Shown piece after piece: positions 7,151 through 14,109 of a stretch of DNA of 32,000 nt (its first letter is position 1; every line of letters starts with the position of its first letter). The stretch is from contig NC_009932.1 in assembly GCF_000018105.1 (NCBI RefSeq), positions 30,001-62,000 of the forward strand. The letters run 5' to 3'. The stretch comes from Acaryochloris marina MBIC11017 (lineage in GTDB: Bacteria > Cyanobacteriota > Cyanobacteriia > Thermosynechococcales > Thermosynechococcaceae). A program made the translations under genes and the position numbers. Under the pieces are notes generated by a model. It was given only the letters and a program-made list of their open reading frames with translations. It had not been told where the DNA came from and did not search any database.

Positions 7151-7951
7151 TCACTTCATAAATAACTTTTTACGTTGACTCAAAATATCATCGATAATTA
7201 TGGCAATTACCGTTGGTATACCTCCAAACATCAAAATCATAATAAAAACTACAGCAACTGTAAGAAAACCTTCATCCATCTCCGTATCAAAGAAAAAACG
7301 CTGACCTTCTAAATATTGAACCGATTGATTATTCGCCCCTATCTTAAAAATTGCTTCATAGTAGGGTATGTACCCGTCCGAGATTTGAGAACCAATGGCA
7401 CTAATAAATGCACGTTTCTCACCAAAAGACGTTTTCCCAATCAAAATAATCCCTGAGATTTTATGGTGGGAGAAGTTCTTGCTAGGAGTAACAACAATAG
7501 GAGTCTTTACCATCGCAGTATATAAATCCGGAACTCCCTTTAAATCTCTATCAGAGAACGTGGGTAGAACTCCCTTTGACTGCAAATAACTTTGGAGCCG
7601 CTTATACAAGTCTTTATCGGAGGAATAGTTCAGAATATCTGAGAGACGTAAGTCAGGGTCAACTATGAATGAACATTCTTTAGGTTTTCTACAGTCCGAT
7701 GTCCGTACTAGAACATATCGTTCAATCTTCTCGATTGTCTTTGCTTCATCGAGGATGCCAGGACGCTTATACCAATATCCCCAAAGCTCATAGTTAACCC
7801 CAAAACCACCCACAATAGATAGAGCAATCACACTCATGAAGTAATACAGGGCAAGTCTTACAGGCTTACTTAAAGAGCTTAATAGTGGTTCTTTTGTGGA
7901 GGGCATACTGAGCTTATCAATGGCAGAAGAAATCTGATAGGCTAATTCCAC
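7151..7951 (-). CDS. Hypothetical bitopic membrane protein (N- and C-terminal TM helices flanking a ~170-aa extracytoplasmic domain)
   Basis: 266-aa ORF with a GTG start (alternative ATG at 7906). TM segments are LALYYFMSVIALSIVGGFGV and FLTVAVVFIMILMFGGIPTVIAIII. It lies 69 nt (78 nt to the annotated ATG at 7072) upstream of the CD225 gene. No family recognised. Confidence 0.55.
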   Translation of the reverse strand: MELAYQISSAIDKLSMPSTKEPLLSSLSKPVRLALYYFMSVIALSIVGGFGVNYELWGYWYKRPGILDEAKTIEKIERYVLVRTSDCRKPKECSFIVDPDLRLSDILNYSSDKDLYKRLQSYLQSKGVLPTFSDRDLKGVPDLYTAMVKTPIVVTPSKNFSHHKISGIILIGKTSFGEKRAFISAIGSQISDGYIPYYEAIFKIGANNQSVQYLEGQRFFFDTEMDEGFLTVAVVFIMILMFGGIPTVIAIIIDDILSQRKKLFMK

Positions 7952-8404
7952 CTTTTGGTTATGATTAGCTATAGGTACTGATACAACGTTTGGATGTTGC
8001 TTTGCTGTGATTCTGAATGGCTATAAACGTGATCTCCATTAGCCACCTCAGTGACATTTGTCACCTCGCCCAAAAAGTCTCCTCAGATTCTAGAGAGAAT
8101 CCAACATCACTAGCCTTAAATACCCCTATTTCTTACTCAGATCCATGGCCAAATTCAACTATCTCAGATTGCTTTTCAGATTCTGCAATTAAAGTCTTAA
8201 CGGAGGTCAGTCTTGTCATGCCTGAAAAACGGAATAATGATGAGCATTTTCAAAGTGTGGTGATTTAACTACTTAATTAATCCTGTCAGATATTTATGAT
8301 AGTTTTAACAGCTCATATTTCAGGTTAATCATATAAATACCCTAAATCAGTTGTATGGTCTGACATAAAATCGTAGAAAATGGCTACCTCATCCGAACTT
8401 AGGT

Positions 8405-8989
8405 TCAAGAGCCTAATTTTGGTATGCGCTTGCGCCCAATAATGAACGGCATTAATTTAGCTAGATTTCTGGCATCATCAATGCCACGATGATGCGTACC
8501 ATCTAGGGACAATCCAACCGTCATTAAGGCTTTAGCCATACCGTAGTGCTTTTTGGTTCTTAATGCCAAAGAGAATTGCTTCTTGAGGTTGAAGTGCTCC
8601 TCTCCCATGGGATAGGGAATCTTATGATACTTTGATTCCCGTTCAAGTTGATTTTTATCGTAGTCGCCCCATGAACAAAAAACAGAATTTTCGTATTGTT
8701 CAAACCAACGCTTGAAGGTCCCGACTGCTTGTGGAAACGTAGGTGCATCCTCAAGATCTGTTTGCTTAATCGTCGTTAGCTCTGTACAAAAATCTGTCAG
8801 CTTCGGATGTCTGATGGGTTTAATAAAAACCGTAAATTCATCGATTATCTCTAACCCTACTGATTCTACAATTACGGCGCCAATTTCAATGGTTTCAGTT
8901 TCTTTATGCGGAATAGAAAACGTATTGCAACAAGTCGCCTCCAAATCAACTATCAGATAGTAGTCGTACCTAAAAAATCCAATATTCAT
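8405..8989 (-). CDS. DEDDh 3'-5' exonuclease, ERI-1/KapD-like
   Basis: ExoI LIVDLEATC, ExoII FCSWGDYD, ExoIII GTHHRGIDDARNLAKL; 194 aa; ATG start. Confidence 0.85.
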   Translation of the reverse strand: MNIGFFRYDYYLIVDLEATCCNTFSIPHKETETIEIGAVIVESVGLEIIDEFTVFIKPIRHPKLTDFCTELTTIKQTDLEDAPTFPQAVGTFKRWFEQYENSVFCSWGDYDKNQLERESKYHKIPYPMGEEHFNLKKQFSLALRTKKHYGMAKALMTVGLSLDGTHHRGIDDARNLAKLMPFIIGRKRIPKLGS

Positions 8990-9269
8990 ATTTGATTTAG
9001 TTCTTGAGCAATCTCAGGTATAACAGCATATTCAATGCTCAATTGGGTAGATCCTGAATAATTTTTCTGAGTTCAAGATATTCATGACGTTGGTGAGCAT
9101 ATTCATCGCCTGGATAATGTTTCACCATGCCGCTAGCAGTCAGACTCAGATAAAATTCACAAGTAGAATGGGTTAGCCGATTGCCTAGAGGCTACACGAT
9201 AACACCTATCTTCCGGCTGTGTCTACGCAACGATTAGGCCCATTAGACTCGCTCTACGTCACTTTAACT

Positions 9270-10117
9270 GGGTTGTGTCGCAAAAATAGGGTGTTGGCCG
9301 AAAGGCAGTGGTAAATTGAGAGACTTTGTTCCTTTTCTTTCCAGTCAATGAAAACTGCTGACCTATTCAAATGGCGTCACTATCAATCTGAGATCATCCT
9401 GCTTAATGTCCGTTTGTATTGCCGTTATCCTCTTAGCTATAGGAATCTAGAAGAGATGATGATGGAGCGAGGTTTAGAAGTAGATCACAGCACTATTAAT
9501 CGGTGGGTTCTTCAGTACTCCCCTGAGCTGGACAAGCGCTGTCGTCGGCATCTCAAGCCTACCAATGATTCCTGGAGAGTTGACGAAACTTACGTCAAAA
9601 TCCGCAAAAAGTGGCGCTACCTTTATCGAGCAGTTGACTCTGACGGCTATACCCTGGACTTCTTACTCACAGCAAAGCGAGATACCAAGGCTGCAAAACG
9701 ATTTCTGACTAAAGCATTGAATGCAGTTCATACCCATGAACCTCGGGTGATCAATGTGGACAAAAATCCAGCGTATCCCCCTGCTGTGGAGCAGTTACAG
9801 GAAGAGGAACGTATCCCTGAAGGCGAAACAGTACGGCAGGTCAAATACCTCAACAATATAGTGGAGCAGGATCATCGAGGGATAAAACGTCTGGTGAATC
9901 CTGGCATGAGTTTTGGATCGTTCAATTCTGCCAGAAGAACTTTGAAAGGGTATGAAGCGATGAACATGATCCGTAAAGGTCAGATCAACAATGTGGGTAA
10001 GGATGATGTAATGGGACAGATCTCTTTCATCAATCAAATCTTCGGACTAGCAGCATAGTCTTTGATAAAACTGAGCGGATTGTTGTACCCGGAACCACTA
10101 TTTACGACACAACCCCT
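9270..10117 (+). mobile_element. IS6-family insertion sequence (~0.85 kb, single transposase gene)
   Basis: Terminal inverted repeats are GGGTTGTGTCGCAAAAATAG (9270..) and the reverse complement of CACTATTTACGACACAACCCC (..10117), i.e. GGGGTTGTGTCGTAAATAGTG. Size and single ORF are typical of IS6. The flanking 8-mers (CTTTAACT / CTTATCCT) are not a clean target duplication. Confidence 0.85.
9348..10058 (+). CDS. IS6-family DDE transposase
   Basis: N-terminal FKWRHYQSEIILLNVRLYCRYPLSYRNLEEMMMERGLEVDHSTINRWV. DDE residues lie in WRVDETYVK / YLYRAVDSDG, INVDKNPAY and NNIVEQDHRGIKR. Confidence 0.9.
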   Translation: MKTADLFKWRHYQSEIILLNVRLYCRYPLSYRNLEEMMMERGLEVDHSTINRWVLQYSPELDKRCRRHLKPTNDSWRVDETYVKIRKKWRYLYRAVDSDGYTLDFLLTAKRDTKAAKRFLTKALNAVHTHEPRVINVDKNPAYPPAVEQLQEEERIPEGETVRQVKYLNNIVEQDHRGIKRLVNPGMSFGSFNSARRTLKGYEAMNMIRKGQINNVGKDDVMGQISFINQIFGLAA

Positions 10118-10129
10118 TATCCTGCTAAC

Positions 10130-10300
10130 CAATGCTTGATGGTGGGGGACGATGTAACAGCTGATGTTGAAGCCGCTATCAATGCAAATTTACAAGGTTG
10201 TTTGGTGAGAACTAGAAAATATCTGCCCAGAGACGAGCTAAAGGCCCCCAATCAGGCATTTATTCTCAACAGTATTGCGGATTTAATCCACCTACTATGA
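10130..10300 (+). pseudogene. C-terminal fragment of a HAD-superfamily (IIA-like) hydrolase truncated by the IS6 element
   Basis: It translates to QCLMVGDDVTADVEAAINANLQGCLVRTRKYLPRDELKAPNQAFILNSIADLIHLL*, the HAD motif IV region (MVGD...D). The frame is closed by a TAA at 10127, right at the IS boundary. No matching 5' part is seen left of the IS. Confidence 0.55.
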
Positions 10301-10435
10301 TGCGATCTTCCTTTGAAATCACAGTCTACTAACGTTGGGCATAGGGTGTATAGTCCGATGCTTTCTGGGCCAAACCCATGGTGCCGCACCATTATGCAAC
10401 GATGCGCACAAAAGTGCTGGCATGAGAGGAGTAGA

Positions 10436-10451
10436 GTGAACACCAGTTCAC
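10436..10451. promoter_or_regulatory. Perfect 6-4-6 palindrome upstream of the K+ channel/amt operon (candidate operator)
   Basis: GTGAAC ACCA GTTCAC lies about 60 nt upstream of the ATG at 10512. The spacing resembles CRP/FNR-type half sites, but it is not a GTA-N8-TAC NtcA box. Confidence 0.25.
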
Positions 10452-10511
10452 GAAATCAGTAATAAAAGAGTGATGCTGCGGGCTTTCCTGGCTAGGGAAA
10501 GAATGTAATCC

Positions 10512-11570
10512 ATGCATAGGGCCTTTCAACGGATTCGCACGGGGGTAACCTTATTTGCGATCGCAATTCTCACCTCCGTAATCGGCTATGTCGCCCTAGG
10601 CTGGCCCGTCATGGATGCGATCTACATGGTCGTGATCACCATCTTTGGCGTGGGGTATGGCGAAGTTCGGCCTCTGGAAACACCTGCCGAACGCTACTTC
10701 ACCATTTTCGTAATCGTTGCTGGCACCTCATCCGTTGTCTATATCGTCGGAGGCTTCGTGCAAATGATCACAGAAGGGGAGTTAAATCGCGCTTTTGATA
10801 CTCAGCGGAAATCTCGGATTATTGCCAAACTCAAAGATCACGCCATTATTTGTGGATATGGACGCATCGGCCAGGTGTTAGCGAAACAGCTAGACCAGGC
10901 CCAACAGGCTTTTGTAATTATAGATAACAATTCTGAACGGATACAAACGGCTGAGACCAAAGGATATCTGGTTCAGACTGGCAGTGCCACCGATGAAGTG
11001 ACCTTAGAGGCTGCAGGGATTAACCAGGCTAAAGTTTTAGCCACCGTCCTCCCGGACGACGCCACGAATGTATTTATTGCTTTAACGGCCCGCGGTCTGA
11101 ATCCCCAGCTCTTGATTTTGGCCAGAGGTGAGTCAGCGGAAACGGAGAAAAAGCTGCGGTTGGCAGGGGCCGATCATGTGGTGTTGCCCTCCAGCGTCAG
11201 TGGCCATCGGATCGCGAACTTGATTACCCAACCCACCGTTGTTGATGTTCTTTCCCAGACGACCGAACGACATGCCTTAAATGAGATGCTCACCCAGCTC
11301 AACCTCAAAATCGATGAGCTGATGATTCAAGAGAATTGCTTTCTACTGGGTAAAACGATTGGTGAGGTGGAAGTCCGAGGGAAAGGACGATTTGTAGTGA
11401 TTGCCCTCCGACGCCGAGATGGCACCACCATTAATCATCCTGAGTATGGCCTTGTTTTAGTGCTAGGGGATGTGTTGATTGTCCTGGGCCATCAAGGAGA
11501 TCTGCCCAAATTTGCTAGCCGCTATGAGCTGAGATCTGAACTATCCAATCCAAAAGTTGAGACCAGATGA
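10512..11570 (+). CDS. Two-TM K+-channel-like protein with an RCK/TrkA-N and TrkA-C gating ring (MthK-like)
   Basis: The pore/filter is VVITIFGVGYGEV (a GYG signature). The Rossmann motif is AIICGYGRIGQVLAKQL, and a C-terminal TrkA-C-like segment is present (KTIGEVEVRGKGRFVVIALRR). The stop overlaps the amt start (ATGA). Confidence 0.85.
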   Translation: MHRAFQRIRTGVTLFAIAILTSVIGYVALGWPVMDAIYMVVITIFGVGYGEVRPLETPAERYFTIFVIVAGTSSVVYIVGGFVQMITEGELNRAFDTQRKSRIIAKLKDHAIICGYGRIGQVLAKQLDQAQQAFVIIDNNSERIQTAETKGYLVQTGSATDEVTLEAAGINQAKVLATVLPDDATNVFIALTARGLNPQLLILARGESAETEKKLRLAGADHVVLPSSVSGHRIANLITQPTVVDVLSQTTERHALNEMLTQLNLKIDELMIQENCFLLGKTIGEVEVRGKGRFVVIALRRRDGTTINHPEYGLVLVLGDVLIVLGHQGDLPKFASRYELRSELSNPKVETR

Positions 11571-13381
11571 TTGATCTACTGTGGATGTTGCTCTGCACTG
11601 GCTTGGTATTTTTGATGCAAGCCGGATTTATGTGTGTGGAGTCTGGCCTAACGCGATCGAAAAATAGCATCAATGTCGCCGTCAAAAATATGGCTGATTT
11701 TGGTTTATCGGTGGCTCTATTTTGGTGTTTTGGCTATGCCCTGATGTTTGGTGCATCTCAAGGGGGCTGGTTGGGTGGGTCGAGGTATTTCCCATCCAGT
11801 GAGTCAAGCCCCAAACTCATTGTTTTCTTTTTATACCAGGCCATGTTTTGTGGCACCGCCACCACCATTATTTCCGGAGCTGTGGCAGAGCGGTTACAAT
11901 TTGTCGCTTACCTGATCATTGCCAGTTTGGTATCCAGTCTAATTTATCCGCTCTTTGGCCATTGGGCCTGGAATAGTCTGGTGGAGAACAATACTGGCGG
12001 GTGGCTGGAAAATTTAGGTTTTATTGATTTTGCTGGATCCACCGTTGTTCATAGCGTGGGGGCTTGGGTGAGCCTGGCCACCTTGATCATTGTCGGGTCT
12101 CGTCAAGGACGATTTTCGGACCAAGGGGCAACCCAGATCCAAGGGTCTAATTTACCCTTTTCGGTACTTGGAGCCTTGCTGTTATGGTTTGGCTGGATTG
12201 GGTTCAATGGCGGCAGTACCTTGGCCCTCAATGAACAGGTGCCTGGGATTATCCTGAACACCATGATTGCGGGCATTGCTGGCATGGTGACGGCAGCCCT
12301 TTTAAGCTGGCTCCAACACCGTCTTCTAGCAGTGGAATCTTTGATCAATGGCACGTTAGCGGGCCTAGTCGCTATCACAGCCTGCTGCCATGTTGTGGCA
12401 ACACCGTTGGCTTTTGTCGTCGGCAGTACTGGGGCAGCCGTCGCCCTATGGGTCTCCTATGGGCTACACCGATTGCGTATTGATGATGCAGTAGATGCTG
12501 TCGCAGTCCATGGCGGAGCAGGAGCCTGGGGCACGCTATGTGTTGCCCTTTTTGGCCAGTTAAGTGAGACAGGGATGAACCGTGCCAGCCAACTGCTGGT
12601 GCAACTATTAGGGATTGGGGTTTGTTTTGCTTGGGCCTTTGGCCTCTCCTGGTTGCTGTTATCTGCAGTCAATCGATTTGTACCTTTGAGGGTCAGCGCT
12701 GAAGATGAGCGGCTGGGACTCAATATCTCTGAGCATCATGCTAAGACCGATACCTATGAACTGTTTCAGGTGATGGATCAGCAGGCCAAAACCTCTGACT
12801 TAAGCTTACGAGTTCCCGTTGAGCCTTTTACAGAAGTGGGGCATATTGCGACTCGTTATAACCAAGTCATCGATTCACTGGCTCGTAATCACCAGGAGAG
12901 CGCTGAGACCCTGGCCCAAATTTATATGATTACAGCCGCCTCAGCCGCTGTAGTTGAAAATCAGCTATTTGACCCCCATGCACTGGATTTGGATGAGATT
13001 TGCGATCGCGATGATGAATTAGGAACTTTGGCTCAAGTATTACAACAATTAGTCACAGCAGTCCATCAACGAGACCAAGAACTAGCAACTCTTAAAACTC
13101 AATTTTCACCTGAGAATGGGCAGACATCAGATTTGAGAATTGGTTCTAAAGAATCCATTGGCGGGGCAATTGTAGAAATATTGATGGTTCGTTTTGGTGC
13201 TGTTTCTCCTCAGATCATTGAGGAGGTGGCTGCCATTTCTGATGCAAATCAGTTGAAGATATTGCTGAAATGGGCAATGGCTACAGATTCCATAGTCGTT
13301 TTTCAAGCTGGAATTCGCCGACAACTAGACACAGTTTCCGACAAGGCCACTCTCAATAAAAGCCAGGAAATTCTAGAGTAA
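11567..13381 (+). CDS. amt: Amt-family ammonium transporter with a ~200-aa cytoplasmic C-terminal extension (two HAMP-like helices plus a DUF4351-like tail)
   Basis: Amt signatures are DFAGSTVVHSVGAW and AVHGGAGAWGTL. The core ends near GLNISEHHAKTD. The extension carries TEVGHIATRYNQVIDSL and DELGTLAQVLQQLVTAV (HAMP AS2-like, DE[IL]GxL..N). The tail IVEILMVRFGAVSPQIIEEVAAISDANQLKILLKWAMATDSIVVFQ resembles DUF4351. Confidence 0.9.
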   Translation: MIDLLWMLLCTGLVFLMQAGFMCVESGLTRSKNSINVAVKNMADFGLSVALFWCFGYALMFGASQGGWLGGSRYFPSSESSPKLIVFFLYQAMFCGTATTIISGAVAERLQFVAYLIIASLVSSLIYPLFGHWAWNSLVENNTGGWLENLGFIDFAGSTVVHSVGAWVSLATLIIVGSRQGRFSDQGATQIQGSNLPFSVLGALLLWFGWIGFNGGSTLALNEQVPGIILNTMIAGIAGMVTAALLSWLQHRLLAVESLINGTLAGLVAITACCHVVATPLAFVVGSTGAAVALWVSYGLHRLRIDDAVDAVAVHGGAGAWGTLCVALFGQLSETGMNRASQLLVQLLGIGVCFAWAFGLSWLLLSAVNRFVPLRVSAEDERLGLNISEHHAKTDTYELFQVMDQQAKTSDLSLRVPVEPFTEVGHIATRYNQVIDSLARNHQESAETLAQIYMITAASAAVVENQLFDPHALDLDEICDRDDELGTLAQVLQQLVTAVHQRDQELATLKTQFSPENGQTSDLRIGSKESIGGAIVEILMVRFGAVSPQIIEEVAAISDANQLKILLKWAMATDSIVVFQAGIRRQLDTVSDKATLNKSQEILE

Positions 13382-13908
13382 ACTACTAATCGTGGTAATT
13401 GAAAAGTCGTAAATCAATAAAGTATTGTTTTGCTAAACCTATGGGGAGTTGAGCTTTCCTATTCCCTCATGAACTATGCTATACCCACAAGTCTTGAAAG
13501 TCAGACTGCCAATTGCTTTTAGTACTTGTAGGGTAGGGATTCAGGTGGTTGGGGAAGACAAAGCAAAGGGAGTAGAATGCTTAACAAACAAGGAAACCAC
13601 CGATAGTCACTGTTCCTCAAAACCACCTTCTAGTGACATTCACAAGAGTTCAGAACAGCAACCCTAAACAAACCCCCAGCAAGGCAAGCGCCGAGCGGGT
13701 TTTACAAACATCTTTTGTAGACTAACTTTTTATGCTAACTCCATCAGTATCAGGGAAAATCGTATCAAAAGATACTTATTATCTCTTGCTTCAATGATAT
13801 TTTTGTATAAAGCTAACATCTAATTTAAGTAATAAGTAAAAATCAATATCCTAGATTTATCATTTCTTAGTTATTAGCTCCAAGACAAAACTATTTATAT
13901 TTTTGCAT

Positions 13909-14016
13909 CTAGGGTTCCAACTCAGCCTAAAAGCTGAGTGTTCGGTCCAAGAGATGCAGCCAGCCAAAGTCTAAACACGACCTACTCTGGTTCACGGAGG
14001 GATAAAAGCCCGGGAG
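13909..14016 (+). promoter_or_regulatory. Guanidine-I (ykkC-yxkD class) riboswitch aptamer
   Basis: Conserved blocks appear in the right order: CTAGGGTTCC, a hairpin (CTCAGC..GCTGAG), CGGTCCAAGAG, ACACGA, CACGGAGGGATAAAAGCCCGGGAGA. A candidate promoter, TTAGCT-N16-TATATT, ends about 7 nt upstream. Confidence 0.8.
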
Positions 14017-14068
14017 AATTCTGTTGACCTTTACTTTGGTCATCGTTTCTCTTGGGCTTTTATTCATT
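14008..14068 (+). terminator. Intrinsic terminator forming the riboswitch expression platform
   Basis: AAAAGCCCGGGAGAA (14004-14018, the 3' strand of the aptamer) pairs with TTCTCTTGGGCTTTT (14047-14061), with 2 G-U pairs. It is followed by TTTTATTCATT. The structure is mutually exclusive with the ligand-bound aptamer, which implies an ON switch. Confidence 0.7.
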
Positions 14069-14109
14069 GTTGAGTTTGAAGTTTCAATATTTATTCTGGA
14101 GATAAATCA

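Noticed and set aside
8017-8268. 83-aa plus-strand ORF in the gap between the exonuclease and the 266-aa membrane protein gene
   Set aside because: It lies in AT-rich intergenic DNA on the opposite strand to all neighbours. It has no RBS, no motif and a Ser-rich low-complexity sequence.
10252-10443. 63-aa minus-strand ORF downstream of the IS6 element
   Set aside because: It overlaps the HAD C-terminal remnant, which has a recognisable motif on the other strand. It has no RBS or motif and a Cys/His/Arg-rich, odd composition.
10301-10511. Search for an NtcA box (GTA-N8-TAC) upstream of the channel/amt operon
   Set aside because: No exact GTA-N8-TAC match was seen. The nearest candidates (GTATAGTCCGATGC, GTAGAGTGAACACC) lack the TAC half. 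Only the GTGAAC-N4-GTTCAC palindrome is reported, at low confidence.
13476-13667. 63-aa ORF ending ..DSHCSSKPPSSDIHKSSEQQP, reminiscent of the NSSKPPSSD motif near the N-terminus of IS66-family transposases
   Set aside because: Only a ~10-aa motif matches. No further transposase sequence, inverted repeats or accessory ORFs are visible. At most it is a tiny IS remnant, too weak to annotate.
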